A stretch of DNA of 64,000 nucleotides from a virus (IMGVR_UViG_3300033388_005265:32001-96000), one strand, 5' to 3'. Shown: positions 27,826-37,568, counted from the first letter of the stretch. Made by a program: numbers and translations. The notes: generated from the sequence alone by a model not told the origin.

Positions 27826-28578
27826 ATGTCTAATCCAATTGAAAAACAATGTGCCGGTCCATGTGGACTAATAAAATCTTTATCCGATTTTCATATCCAT
27901 AAGAATGGTTTATATGGACATCGCTCTAGATGTAAGATTTGCAAATCTCAAGAAAGTGCTGAATATCGTAAAAACAATCCTAATCAAGCTATACAGTATC
28001 GTAAAAACAATGCTACTAAAGCAAAAGTCTATGGAGCTAAATACCGTAAAGACAATGCTAACATTCTTAAAGATTATTTTACTCAACATCGCCTAAATAA
28101 TCAAGATACTATTATTAAATGGCGTAAAGACAATCCAGATTATGCCAAATTATACCGACAAGACCATAAGGATACAATTTTAGCAAAAGCAGCTATTTAT
28201 CGTCAAAATAATAAGCAGGCAATTGCTGAACATGCTACTATTTATCGTAAAAACAACAAACAAAAGCTAGCTGAGTACGGCGTTAAGTATCGTCAAGACA
28301 ATCCAGGCAAAGTAAATGAAATAACTGCTAAGCGTAGAGCAGCTAAACTTCAGAGGACAGTAGCTTGGGCAGACTTAAAAGCAATTAAACAAGTTTACGC
28401 TGATTGCGAAGAAATAAACTTAGCTGCTAAAACAGCAGGATGCACCGATATATTTACTGTAGACCATGTTATTCCTCTTCAAGGAGAGTTTGTTTCTGGC
28501 TTACATGTGGAATATAATTTAGATATAATTACTCTTTCAGCAAACTCTTCTAAAGGTAATAGGTTTACTCCTGGCTAA
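27826..28578 (+). CDS. HNH homing endonuclease, YRxxN-repeat family (copy 1)
   Basis: CAGPC...CKIC; YRKNN repeats; VDHVIPLQG..VSGLHV.YNL. Confidence 0.9.
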   Translation: MSNPIEKQCAGPCGLIKSLSDFHIHKNGLYGHRSRCKICKSQESAEYRKNNPNQAIQYRKNNATKAKVYGAKYRKDNANILKDYFTQHRLNNQDTIIKWRKDNPDYAKLYRQDHKDTILAKAAIYRQNNKQAIAEHATIYRKNNKQKLAEYGVKYRQDNPGKVNEITAKRRAAKLQRTVAWADLKAIKQVYADCEEINLAAKTAGCTDIFTVDHVIPLQGEFVSGLHVEYNLDIITLSANSSKGNRFTPG

Positions 28579-28579
28579 T

Positions 28580-29401
28580 TCAGCGTTTCTTTTTTAGTTT
28601 ACCAGCTTTAAGCTTTCTTTTTCTGTTGTCAGGCATCTTACGAAAAGAACATTCGTTAAACCCCTTCTTTTTTATCATACTTTTATCACTTACTTCAACC
28701 AATTCTGGTGTATTTCTAGGAATTACTCCTCCCATATACATAGAGATCTCCTGGTATGCTGTAAATGCATCTATCTTTTCAAAGAAGTGGAGATCTTTTA
28801 GATTGTTATTAATTATTAATCCTCCATTAACTAGATCAGGATGTTTCATTGTGCTATGATCCGAAGGAGTAAGTCCAATTTGTAGCTTCATATGTTGTAC
28901 TACTGTAAAAACGGGAGCCTTATTACCTATAAAGAACTTTTCAAACTCTTTACTACGTTTACCAAGCTTAAAAAACTCCATAGTAGACTTTTTATTAGTG
29001 CCCCAAAGTGAAGTCTTATCTCGTACTTCTTTTAATTTTGACTCTAATTTATACTTTCCTAATATTTCTATTAGTTTTTTGTAACTATATACATATATCA
29101 TCTTATATTTAGCATCCCCAAATATATCTTTTCCAATACGTATTTTTAGCTCCATACCAGGAAACACCCTTCCACAGAAGCCTATTATAAACGGTTCAGC
29201 AGTAAGTTTTATTTCACTCTTATCATAGCGCCATCTATTACTGCTCCACCTAGGAGCACAGCTAAACAGATCCTTAATGAACTTACATTCAAACTCATCC
29301 AGTTTAATCTTACGAGGATGCCTCACATATACTAAGGTTTCATCTATTCCCAATCCTTGGGCTGAATCATAATAATCTCGTTCTTTAGATATAATTCGCA
29401 T
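28580..29401 (-). CDS. conserved phage hypothetical protein
   Basis: MRIIS..RDYYD ... AYQEISMY..G ... KKGF...SFRK. Confidence 0.7.
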   Translation of the reverse strand: MRIISKERDYYDSAQGLGIDETLVYVRHPRKIKLDEFECKFIKDLFSCAPRWSSNRWRYDKSEIKLTAEPFIIGFCGRVFPGMELKIRIGKDIFGDAKYKMIYVYSYKKLIEILGKYKLESKLKEVRDKTSLWGTNKKSTMEFFKLGKRSKEFEKFFIGNKAPVFTVVQHMKLQIGLTPSDHSTMKHPDLVNGGLIINNNLKDLHFFEKIDAFTAYQEISMYMGGVIPRNTPELVEVSDKSMIKKKGFNECSFRKMPDNRKRKLKAGKLKKKR

Positions 29402-29430
29402 ATTCTTACCTGTTTTGTTTTATATTATAT

Positions 29431-30102
29431 ATGTCCAATATAGTAGAAAAAACTTGCTCAGGTCCATGTAGACTGACTAAACTTGTTTCTGATTTCTATG
29501 TCGATCAGATCAACAAGGATCAGTCTATTCGTTATCGCAATAAATGTAAATCTTGTATTTCTAAAGATAAAGCTAAGCATTATCGAAAACATAAAGAAGA
29601 AATCTGCAAGAGATCTTCTGATTATCGTAAAGCTAATCCTGACTACGCTGTGTCTTGGCGAAAAAATAATCCTAATTATAATTCAAAATATAATGCGAAT
29701 AACATTGAAGTCACACAAGCATATAAAAAAACAAATAAAGCTAAAATTAAAGTTCAGAGAGCAGAGCACTATAAAAGAAATAGAAAAACAATCATTGAGC
29801 GTTCTATCAAGTATAGTCTTGACAATCCAGGTAAGACTAGAGCAACTAAAGCTAAGCGTCATGCAGCAAAACTTCAGCGTACGGTAGCTTGGGCCAATCT
29901 AGAAGCAATCAAAGATATCTATAAGGATTGTGAAGAAATTAATTTAGCCGCTAAGACAGCAGGCTGTACAGAAATATTTACTGTAGACCATATAATTCCT
30001 CTTCAAGGAAAGCTAGTATCTGGCCTTCATGTAGAATATAATCTGGATATTATTACTCTTTCTAATAATTGTTCCAAAAGCAATAGTTTTATTCCAAGTT
30101 AA
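29431..30102 (+). CDS. HNH homing endonuclease, YRxxN-repeat family (copy 2)
   Basis: Same C-terminal AKLQRTVAWA...VDHIIPLQGKLVSGLHVEYNL. Confidence 0.9.
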   Translation: MSNIVEKTCSGPCRLTKLVSDFYVDQINKDQSIRYRNKCKSCISKDKAKHYRKHKEEICKRSSDYRKANPDYAVSWRKNNPNYNSKYNANNIEVTQAYKKTNKAKIKVQRAEHYKRNRKTIIERSIKYSLDNPGKTRATKAKRHAAKLQRTVAWANLEAIKDIYKDCEEINLAAKTAGCTEIFTVDHIIPLQGKLVSGLHVEYNLDIITLSNNCSKSNSFIPS

Positions 30103-30144
30103 ACTTTCCTCTCAATGCTGGACGAGTCATAATAGTCTTTTTTC

Positions 30145-30336
30145 TTAGATACGATCTTCATAAGCTATATCCTTACAATGTTGAAGCTCACCTTCATAAT
30201 CAAAGCATATCTTTTCACATGCTTCTTCTAGCTTTGTTAAAGATTGACTAATATGGTTATCACCAGATTTTATGTCATCTATAACTTCGTGTTTAGCATG
30301 CTGGAGTTCTAGGTATTGATCATCAAGTGTACTCAT
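30145..30336 (-). CDS. hypothetical protein
   Basis: Packed small ORF. Confidence 0.5.
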   Translation of the reverse strand: MSTLDDQYLELQHAKHEVIDDIKSGDNHISQSLTKLEEACEKICFDYEGELQHCKDIAYEDRI

Positions 30337-30565
30337 AATCTGTACCTATACTAACAACCTCTATTCTAGAGTGATCGGTAACATGTATCATCTCTTCATT
30401 AGGGTTATTTGTAGGTTGATATGCATTAGCATTATCACATATTTGTTTTGCATTACCATGAGTATATTTGCCAGCCTGTCTTAAGCTACTTGTATAGCCA
30501 CAGTTATTCCGTCTCCACCAGCCATTATGTTCAAAACTCCATATATAGTAATTAAGATCAATCAT
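30323..30565 (-). CDS. hypothetical phage protein
   Basis: IWSFEHNGWWR.N..GYT..L..AG.Y motif. Confidence 0.6.
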   Translation of the reverse strand: MIDLNYYIWSFEHNGWWRRNNCGYTSSLRQAGKYTHGNAKQICDNANAYQPTNNPNEEMIHVTDHSRIEVVSIGTDYEYT

Positions 30566-30788
30566 AATCTTTTATTGCCTCTATTGCTGCGAAGATATTC
30601 TCTGCATCATTAATAGCTTTTACACATTCATGCTCAGATCTAAACTGAGACTGCTTCCATCTATTACCAGCAACTCTATACCATACTCTGCTGCTACCTC
30701 TAAGTCCTCCAGAACCAGGACCATCGAACTCATCTGTAGATTTTATTATTATTTCACTATTGTTTTTACAGTTTATTATTCTACTCAT
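30558..30788 (-). CDS. hypothetical protein
   Basis: Packed small ORF. Confidence 0.5.
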   Translation of the reverse strand: MSRIINCKNNSEIIIKSTDEFDGPGSGGLRGSSRVWYRVAGNRWKQSQFRSEHECVKAINDAENIFAAIEAIKDYD

Positions 30789-31036
30789 ACTTTAACCAGA
30801 TCTTTCAATCTGATTTTACTCCCTTTTGCTGTAACTTTTTTTATTTCTATAATTTTATTTATTACAAATTTTTCATAGAGACGTTTGCTTCCATATCCTT
30901 TAAGTCTTAATGCTTTGGGAATCAAGCCATGTTTTTGGTAACTTTCAAAGCAGCCAATGCTCATAGGAATTCCGAGCGAACCTTTCTTAATCACTTCTTT
31001 AACTATTTCGGCTCTAGTATAAAACTTATCACTCAT
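30785..31036 (-). CDS. MerR-like HTH protein
   Basis: Y.KHGLIPKA.R..GYGS.RLY pattern. Confidence 0.6.
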   Translation of the reverse strand: MSDKFYTRAEIVKEVIKKGSLGIPMSIGCFESYQKHGLIPKALRLKGYGSKRLYEKFVINKIIEIKKVTAKGSKIRLKDLVKV

Positions 31037-31130
31037 TAACTTATTTCTCCCTTATCGAACTATTTTTAGCATATCTTCGTACACTTTGTTTTATATTATA
31101 CTATAGCACGTAGCTAATGGAGACATCAAT

Positions 31131-31733
31131 ATGAATAAGATAACTGAGAAAAAATGTACTGGTCCATGTAGCTTAGTAAAGACTATTAATGAATTCTATA
31201 TTGATAGGAATCCTAAGTCTAAGTCTGGTTATCGTTCTCAATGTAAGACTTGTATAATTGAAAGTCGTACCGAATACTATTATAATAACAAAAAATTAAG
31301 AACAAAATATCTTATAGACAATGCAGAAACAACTGCTATCACACGAGCTGCTTATCGTAAAAACAACAAAGAGAAAATTGCTATTCAAGTGGCGCGAGCT
31401 CGAAAAAAGAATCCTGAGTTATTTCGCAAAAGAAACTCAGATTACAAATCAAATAATAAAGATAAGATTAATGCTGCTACAGCTAAACGTAGAGCAGCAA
31501 AGCTTCAGCGTACAGTAGCTTGGGCAGATCTAGGTAAAATCAGAGACATATATGATCAATGTATTGAAATCAATTTAACAGCTAAAACTGCAGGTTGTAC
31601 TGAAATCTTTGTAGTTGACCATGTCATTCCTCTAGTTGGGAAACTTGTATCTGGTTTGCATGTGGAAAACAATCTACAGATAATGACACTTAAAGATAAT
31701 TGTCGCAAACATAATAAATTTATTCCAGGCTAA
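31131..31733 (+). CDS. HNH homing endonuclease, YRxxN-repeat family (copy 3)
   Basis: CTGPC...CKTC; VDHVIPLVGKLVSGLHVENNL. Confidence 0.9.
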   Translation: MNKITEKKCTGPCSLVKTINEFYIDRNPKSKSGYRSQCKTCIIESRTEYYYNNKKLRTKYLIDNAETTAITRAAYRKNNKEKIAIQVARARKKNPELFRKRNSDYKSNNKDKINAATAKRRAAKLQRTVAWADLGKIRDIYDQCIEINLTAKTAGCTEIFVVDHVIPLVGKLVSGLHVENNLQIMTLKDNCRKHNKFIPG

Positions 31734-31735
31734 TT

Positions 31736-32881
31736 CTAAAGATCAGGTTCAAATACTCCATCTTTATTTATTGCACCTGAACGGAAACTAACTCCAACCG
31801 GAAAACGAGGCAGCCCATCATCCGTAAGGCCGAAATATCGTACTGTAATAAATGATTTTGCTGCAACTATTCTATCTAGATTGTTCCATAGAGCAGCTCG
31901 GTACTCGTGATTCCCACGAGGAACACAGCCAAACTCTTTATTGTCCGTGGTCTTACATATAAATGTGACGTGTCCTTCTGCAGAGCCAGAACCCTCATAA
32001 CCCCCAACCACTTGGTACTCGGCATCATCAAAAGACTTAAGTTTTAAAAGTCTATTTGAACGCTTTTTATATTCATAACCTCCGGTCATTGATCTAATAA
32101 TGGCTCCTTCGTAACCCATTTTTACAATCTCATCATGACACTTGTAAACTTCTTCTTCGTTATATGCTACATATGATTCAACAGTTACTAGTCCTGGAAA
32201 ATCTTTTTTTGAATAGTATTGTCTATATCTATACTTAAAATCTTTTTCTGGATCTACGACATCGTATATCCAGAATTCAATCTTAAGACTGTCTTCTCGC
32301 TCTTTTTTAACAGCTGCTGTTATCTGTTGAAAAGTAAGATCATGTGAATACAACTCTCCATCAAGGGTCTCATCAATCTGCATTTTTTCTAATAGCGATG
32401 GCGTCAAATGACTTACTGTTGTTATAGGTTTGCCCTTTCTAGTTTTATAGGTGATTGTATCGCCATTGATCTTAGTGGCTAGACAACGAATTCCGTCAAG
32501 CTTCATTTGTACCATTACTGGATAATTCACTTTGTTTTTATGGTCCTTATAGTTCTTAGCAAGCATAGGGAGTCGAGGAATAGATAGACTAGTCTGATCC
32601 TCCGAGTACCCTTCTTGCTCTTTCTTCTTCAAATGTTTGCTTGTTATCTCGGCTATAGCCTGTTCATATGAAGAGGTCTGATTTTTCTTGCCAAGATTCT
32701 TTCCTTCTCTTATAATCTTGCCCTGTTCTTGCAGTTTACCGTCTTTAAGCCCATGGAGAGTCTTAAATCCAGCTGTGCCATCTATATCTTCATATGCCCA
32801 AGCGCGCCATACTTTTATTTTACCTTTTGAATCAAGCCCATATAATACTGGTAAGCTGTGTGTTGGTAATTCCATTATCAT
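31736..32881 (-). CDS. ATP-dependent DNA ligase
   Basis: Motif I KLDGIR, LDGELY, EGAIIR, LLKLK; WGR-like N-terminus. Confidence 0.93.
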   Translation of the reverse strand: MIMELPTHSLPVLYGLDSKGKIKVWRAWAYEDIDGTAGFKTLHGLKDGKLQEQGKIIREGKNLGKKNQTSSYEQAIAEITSKHLKKKEQEGYSEDQTSLSIPRLPMLAKNYKDHKNKVNYPVMVQMKLDGIRCLATKINGDTITYKTRKGKPITTVSHLTPSLLEKMQIDETLDGELYSHDLTFQQITAAVKKEREDSLKIEFWIYDVVDPEKDFKYRYRQYYSKKDFPGLVTVESYVAYNEEEVYKCHDEIVKMGYEGAIIRSMTGGYEYKKRSNRLLKLKSFDDAEYQVVGGYEGSGSAEGHVTFICKTTDNKEFGCVPRGNHEYRAALWNNLDRIVAAKSFITVRYFGLTDDGLPRFPVGVSFRSGAINKDGVFEPDL

Positions 32882-32925
32882 TTTCTCTCTCCCTATCTTA
32901 TTCTTTACTCTCTTTTATTTAACGT

Positions 32926-33114
32926 TTATTCTTCACTATCCTTAGCTTCTTTTAGCGCTTCCATAATGTAGCCTACCATTACTTTAGCTCCACTATCATT
33001 CCATTGCTCTTCACCTTCCTTCAATATAGGTGGGTCAAATTCTACATTTATATTTGCTTCATCCTCACCTTCCTTGCCTGTAATTGTTACAATACATTTG
33101 AGATCTTTTTTCAT
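32926..33114 (-). CDS. hypothetical protein
   Basis: SD gagga; packed. Confidence 0.5.
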   Translation of the reverse strand: MKKDLKCIVTITGKEGEDEANINVEFDPPILKEGEEQWNDSGAKVMVGYIMEALKEAKDSEE

Positions 33115-33136
33115 CTTCTCTCCTCATCTCTCTATT

Positions 33137-33655
33137 TTAAAAAGGTACTTCATCATCATCACTACCGTCATCATCACCACAATATTCATCATCACAATCT
33201 GGATCATCACAATGAATACATACTGTTTCTACTTCTCTGCTAGTAGGTCCAGTTACATCCCAAGCTTCAGTTTTTTTTGCGCCATTCTTCATGATTTGAA
33301 CTAATTTTTTACCGTGGGAATTCTTTTCCTCTATTTCCTGTATCTTTATTATCTCCTGTATAGAAGCGTCTTGATGCATTAGTTCAGCTATACGATCTAT
33401 CTCTCTATCTATTTCAGCATACACTCTATATATTGTTCTCTGATCTTTATTAGCAGGAAAAGAATGTTTAACAGATGAAAATTCACCATTATTAAATATT
33501 ATTGTAATCATGTATTGCTTTTTTGTTGTTGTTCTTCTAGGTCTAAGCCCGCTGCTTGAAGTCACTACAACTGATGGAAAATCTTCTTCATTTATATGAT
33601 ACACGAACTCGTCTTTTCTAGTGTGTCTTTGATTCTTTAATAAGTTTTTCTTCAT
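33137..33655 (-). CDS. hypothetical protein with Cys/Asp tail ending DDDEVPF
   Basis: CIHCDDPDC followed by an acidic tail. Confidence 0.6.
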   Translation of the reverse strand: MKKNLLKNQRHTRKDEFVYHINEEDFPSVVVTSSSGLRPRRTTTKKQYMITIIFNNGEFSSVKHSFPANKDQRTIYRVYAEIDREIDRIAELMHQDASIQEIIKIQEIEEKNSHGKKLVQIMKNGAKKTEAWDVTGPTSREVETVCIHCDDPDCDDEYCGDDDGSDDDEVPF

Positions 33656-34052
33656 CTCTCACTCTCTTAAATAGGCTATTTTTTATAACTTTAGCTACAC
33701 TTGACATCTCCTTTCCTTTATCACCAAGCATATTCTTATACATATTAGCTTCTATATTAGATTGTATAGCTTCATCTGTAGCAATTCTTGCAATATCCTG
33801 TAATCTTACAACTTCATCAAGTATAGCATCCATAGCATCTTCAACTTCGTTTCCTAGACGCTCTACATTACGCTTATGCCAATACTTATCATCTCTTGAA
33901 TATTTTTTATACCTTGGACTTTCCTTTATTCTTAATGTAGCATGAATAGTTAAACTATGTAACGTATCCTTAACATCTTGCATTTCATATTCAGGATACT
34001 TTTTTGCATGTCTAGCAGCTTTTCTTCTTAATGTTTTTTTCTTGCTAGCCAT
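33618..34052 (-). CDS. hypothetical protein
   Basis: SD aagga; helical. Confidence 0.6.
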   Translation of the reverse strand: MASKKKTLRRKAARHAKKYPEYEMQDVKDTLHSLTIHATLRIKESPRYKKYSRDDKYWHKRNVERLGNEVEDAMDAILDEVVRLQDIARIATDEAIQSNIEANMYKNMLGDKGKEMSSVAKVIKNSLFKRVRDEEKLIKESKTH

Positions 34053-34066
34053 AATATTCCTTAGAT

Positions 34067-34143
34067 TGGCACCGGAACTAGGACTTGAACCCAGACATCT
34101 TTGGTTTTGGAAACCACTGTTTTACCAATTAAACTATTCCGGC
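34067..34143 (-). tRNA. trnW: tRNA-Trp(CCA)
   Basis: Loop TT-CCA-AA; CCA end. Confidence 0.85.
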
Positions 34144-34442
34144 TCCCTAACTATGTATTCGTATGTACCATCATCTTGTAATGGAATATTAGAATTCTCT
34201 CTACCTACTTCTGTAAGAATACATGTAACAACTTCAGTTTTTACTAATCTTTTAACAGGATGATTATTATACTCGTTACGGTATTCCATGCTTTTTTCTT
34301 CATAGTTTCTATGAGCGCATGCTTGTCCTCTTGCACCACTAATACTATAAAGTTTTCCTCTTTTCAAATAGTAATGAGATCCATCTGAATATACAAGTCT
34401 AACTCTATAAACATATTCTCGTTCCATATTAGTTATTATCAC
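34134..34442 (-). CDS. hypothetical protein (paralogue of 38264-38578); stop codon lies inside tRNA-Trp
   Basis: EYVYRV.L...DG..YY.K.GK.Y. Confidence 0.6.
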   Translation of the reverse strand: MIITNMEREYVYRVRLVYSDGSHYYLKRGKLYSISGARGQACAHRNYEEKSMEYRNEYNNHPVKRLVKTEVVTCILTEVGRENSNIPLQDDGTYEYIVREPE

Positions 34443-34728
34443 CTACCATACTATCTCTGAGGTCTAACAGAGCATAAGTATTCTCATTTCTAGGTAAATC
34501 ATCAATTATCAATACTCTCCTATTATCTGAGCAGCCGCCTCTTCTAGGCTTACTTGGTGTTCTTTGAAATGAATATCGTGCATTTGTATAGAATACAGAC
34601 ACTCTACCAGCATCTACATGATCTACAACACCAAGATCAAGAGCTCCATCGTTACCTTGTCTCTTTCCTATTGCTACTATTTGTCCTCTACTGATTGTTC
34701 TTCCTATTTTATCGTTCATTAAACGCAC
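34429..34728 (-). CDS. hypothetical protein (SH3-like beta)
   Basis: DKIGRTI..GQIV pattern. Confidence 0.55.
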   Translation of the reverse strand: MRLMNDKIGRTISRGQIVAIGKRQGNDGALDLGVVDHVDAGRVSVFYTNARYSFQRTPSKPRRGGCSDNRRVLIIDDLPRNENTYALLDLRDSMVGDNN

Positions 34729-34770
34729 CTATACACTAGTATTAGTCTCTTATTAAAATTTACTTGGAAA

Positions 34771-34845
34771 TGGCTCCGCATCCTAGGTTCGAACTAGGGA
34801 CCTTCTCCTTAACAGGGAGTTGCTCTACCACTGAGCTAATACGGA
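34771..34845 (-). tRNA. trnN: tRNA-Asn(GTT)
   Basis: CT-GTT-AA; CCA. Confidence 0.92.
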
Positions 34846-34916
34846 ACATTAATTTAAACGGTGGGTTCACTAAGATTCGAAGCCACTTTGTCTAATGAAT
34901 TGTTTTATACTATACC

Positions 34917-35534
34917 ATGGGAACATACATAAAGTTAAAATGTCCAACATGTGACATGTCTTTTAATAAACCATTCAAAGAGTACAATAGAGCTAATAAG
35001 CGTGGACATGCACATGTGTGCTCTAGAGCATGTCGTGACAAAAAACGATCATTTGACAACACTACCAAAACACATTGTACTAATTGCGATAAATCACTTA
35101 TTATGGCTAATTCAGCTATAAAAAAGTCTAAATCTGGCAATCATTTTTGTTCTAGATCATGTGCTGCTACTTATAACAACAAAAATAAAACCTATGGTAC
35201 TCGTCGTAGTAAACTTGAAGTATTCATAGAGGACAAACTTCAATCTGAATTACCTGATCTTATTTTTATTGCAAATAGCAAGAAAGTTATAGGTTCAGAA
35301 TTAGATTTTTATTTCCCAGACTTAAAACTAGCCATTGAAGTTAATGGACCACTTCATTATAAACCAATTTATGGAGAAAAAAAATTCTTACAAATTCAAG
35401 CTAATGATCAAATTAAAATATCTGCCTGTCAAAAAGCTAATATTACTCTTGCTATTGTTGATAATTTAAAAGATTATACAAAATCATATGTAAATGATCG
35501 TTGGACTATTATCAAACAGATACTAATTAAATAA
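34917..35534 (+). CDS. PD-(D/E)XK (Vsr/DUF559-like) endonuclease with Zn-binding repeats
   Basis: CPTC, FCSRSCAA, ELDFYFPDLKLAIEVNGPLHY. Confidence 0.8.
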   Translation: MGTYIKLKCPTCDMSFNKPFKEYNRANKRGHAHVCSRACRDKKRSFDNTTKTHCTNCDKSLIMANSAIKKSKSGNHFCSRSCAATYNNKNKTYGTRRSKLEVFIEDKLQSELPDLIFIANSKKVIGSELDFYFPDLKLAIEVNGPLHYKPIYGEKKFLQIQANDQIKISACQKANITLAIVDNLKDYTKSYVNDRWTIIKQILIK

Positions 35535-35536
35535 AA

Positions 35537-35613
35537 TGGTGGGCCTTCCAGGGATTGAACCTGGGATATTCCGCTTATGAGGCGGATGCCTTAACCAACT
35601 AGACGAAAGGCCC
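35537..35613 (-). tRNA. tRNA-Ile2/Met(CAT)
   Basis: CT-CAT-AA; GGGCCTT acceptor; CCA. Confidence 0.88.
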
Positions 35614-35615
35614 AT

Positions 35616-35691
35616 TGGTACTCCGTGCAAGAATTGAACTTGCGACATTCCGATTAAAAGTCGGATGCTCTACCGGTTGAGCTAACGGAGC
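35616..35691 (-). tRNA. trnK: tRNA-Lys(TTT)
   Basis: CT-TTT-AA; CCA. Confidence 0.93.
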
Positions 35692-35910
35692 CTATTGCTT
35701 GAGATACTCAGGTTTGACCATCTCTGTAATTGTTTGTTGTACCATGTCTTCATAAAATATAGCGTAGCTTACATTTTTAGCTACCCAATAAGTACCATAT
35801 AGGAATACACAAAATATTAATGTACCTATTATTGAAACTCCTACTTGCATCTTTGATTCTTTACTCACTATCTTTCTCCCTAAGATTTCTTCTATAAACT
35901 TTTGCTCCAA
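35692..35910 (-). CDS. small membrane protein
   Basis: TM segment; stop abuts tRNA-Lys. Confidence 0.55.
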   Translation of the reverse strand: MEQKFIEEILGRKIVSKESKMQVGVSIIGTLIFCVFLYGTYWVAKNVSYAIFYEDMVQQTITEMVKPEYLKQ

Positions 35911-36211
35911 GTACAGTTACGACTAAAATATATAACGGCCAAGCTATACTTAAAACCATGTGCAGAATAAAAGTTACTGCTATTATTATCAACTCACCAA
36001 AGAATGATACTTCATCTTCTATGAACTTCATAGTCTTCTTATCTAATCTGAAAACTTCACCCATATCATAAAGTGCAAGTTTATTTCCAGTGTATTCAAA
36101 CCCTTTATCATTTATAAAATACCATAGAAATTTACCTATGGCATATATAGCTACCATAAGTAGCAGACAAGCTCCTGGTTTTGCAATTAAATTTACTACT
36201 GTATCGTACAT
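35861..36211 (-). CDS. membrane protein
   Basis: SD aaggag; 2-3 TM segments. Confidence 0.6.
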   Translation of the reverse strand: MYDTVVNLIAKPGACLLLMVAIYAIGKFLWYFINDKGFEYTGNKLALYDMGEVFRLDKKTMKFIEDEVSFFGELIIIAVTFILHMVLSIAWPLYILVVTVLGAKVYRRNLREKDSE

Positions 36212-36250
36212 AACTACTCCTTTGTGTACTCGAACTTAACTTTATTTTTA

Positions 36251-36275
36251 AAAAATTAGGTATACTTTCGTATAC
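36251..36275 (-). terminator. terminator downstream of tRNA-Arg
   Basis: GTATAC-GAAA-GTATAC followed by CTAATTTTTT. Confidence 0.6.
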
Positions 36276-36306
36276 ATTGTTTTATATTAACATAACAGCT
36301 AATCTA

Positions 36307-36391
36307 TGGTCTCCTGGGCAGGACTTGAACCTGCAATGCACAAGGCGACAGCTTAGAAGGCTGTTGGTCTATCCAATTAACCAACCAGGAG
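36307..36391 (-). tRNA. trnR: tRNA-Arg(TCT) with enlarged variable loop
   Basis: ACAGC-CT-TCT-AA-GCTGT; 13-nt extra loop; CCA. Confidence 0.85.
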
Positions 36392-36396
36392 AAATT

Positions 36397-36936
36397 ATGC
36401 TAGTTATGTGCAAAAATTGTAATATCGAATTCAATAAACGTCCAGCTAATGTTAAAAGAACTAAAAATCACTTTTGCTCTAGATCGTGCGCTGCAACATT
36501 TAATAACAAGGGACAACAAAAAAATCCTCCAATTGTCCGAATCTGTAAGCATTGCAAATCTGATTTCATAAGAAACAAAGCTAATAAGCGTTCTGCTACA
36601 TTGTGTGCAGATTGCAGAACTAAATTTGACACTAGATCTGATTTTTTAAAAACATTAACCTTAGGCGAATATCAAGCTAAAGAATCTGTTGCCGGTAAAC
36701 ATCCATCATGGATAAACTCTCATGTTAGGGTTCTTAACCGTTCATGGAACAAAGATATGACTAAGCTTCCATGTGCTAACTGTAACTATAGCAAGCATGT
36801 AGAGCTATGTCATAAAAAAGCAATTACCAGTTTCCCTCTTACTACAACTCTTGGAGAGATAAATGCCAGAGAGAACAATATTCAACTATGCAGAAATTGC
36901 CATTGGGAATATGATCATGGTCTGCTAAAAATTTAA
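36397..36936 (+). CDS. HNH homing endonuclease
   Basis: Start moved to MLVMCKNC; FCSRSCAA module; HVELCH...NNIQLCRNCHWEYDH. Confidence 0.85.
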   Translation: MLVMCKNCNIEFNKRPANVKRTKNHFCSRSCAATFNNKGQQKNPPIVRICKHCKSDFIRNKANKRSATLCADCRTKFDTRSDFLKTLTLGEYQAKESVAGKHPSWINSHVRVLNRSWNKDMTKLPCANCNYSKHVELCHKKAITSFPLTTTLGEINARENNIQLCRNCHWEYDHGLLKI

Positions 36937-37012
36937 TGGTGGAGCTAGAGGGAATCAAACCCACGACCTCTTGATTGCAAGTCAAGCGCTCTCTCAACTG
37001 AGCTATAGCCCC
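36937..37012 (-). tRNA. trnA: tRNA-Ala(TGC)
   Basis: CT-TGC-AA; G3:U70; CCA. Confidence 0.93.
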
Positions 37013-37036
37013 AAATATATTCTTTTTTATGACAAT

Positions 37037-37110
37037 TGGGGTGAAGCCGGGAATCGAACCCTGGTCTCCTGATCCACAGTCAAGCGTTCTACCACTGAAC
37101 TAGCGACACC
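37037..37110 (-). tRNA. trnH: tRNA-His(GTG), imperfect acceptor stem
   Basis: CT-GTG-GA; G-1/C73; two mismatches, 3' strand appears 1 nt short. Confidence 0.75.
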
Positions 37111-37268
37111 ATATTATATTGTTTGCCAGTGTCCAACAATTATACACGCTAACTGGCTGCCATGATTTTTGGAGCACAATAGGCATTAAAATATTACGGA
37201 CTCTACCTATTGAAAGACAATGCGCATTGTTGACAACTACGTCCAATTACATGTGAGTCCTAAATTAT

Positions 37269-37349
37269 TGGTACCAGCGGGGAGACTCGAACTCCCACCC
37301 GAAGACTAGATCCTAAGTCTAGCGTGTCTACCAATTCCACCACGCTGGC
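37269..37349 (-). tRNA. trnL: tRNA-Leu(TAG)
   Basis: CTAGA-CT-TAG-GA-TCTAG; variable arm; CCA. Confidence 0.92.
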
Positions 37350-37358
37350 ACATATTAT

Positions 37359-37568
37359 TTAAGCATTTTGCAGCTTACAATGTGCTAAGAAGCCATCATT
37401 ATATTCTATTGCTTTACTGTCTCTAAAGCATGTTGCACCTGCAAGTATATTAGTCTTATCTTTAAGACGAAAGAATGGACATTCATTTCCACAATGACCG
37501 TCTCTATCTACAATAGACTTTGCTTTCCTATCTGAAATCTTTCCTGAACTTATCACTTGACACCTCAT
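37359..37568 (-). CDS. small Cys-rich protein
   Basis: CG.ECPF...C...C. Confidence 0.5.
   Translation of the reverse strand: MRCQVISSGKISDRKAKSIVDRDGHCGNECPFFRLKDKTNILAGATCFRDSKAIEYNDGFLAHCKLQNA

Noticed and set aside
33004-33304. Poly-His-like plus-strand peptide (HHHYRHHHH)
   Set aside because: Antisense reading of the GAT/GAC Asp codons of the acidic tail of 33137-33655
34850-34890. tRNA (TTCGAAT loop and CCCACC end)
   Set aside because: Only a 3'-half remnant next to the endonuclease insertion; no D or anticodon arm
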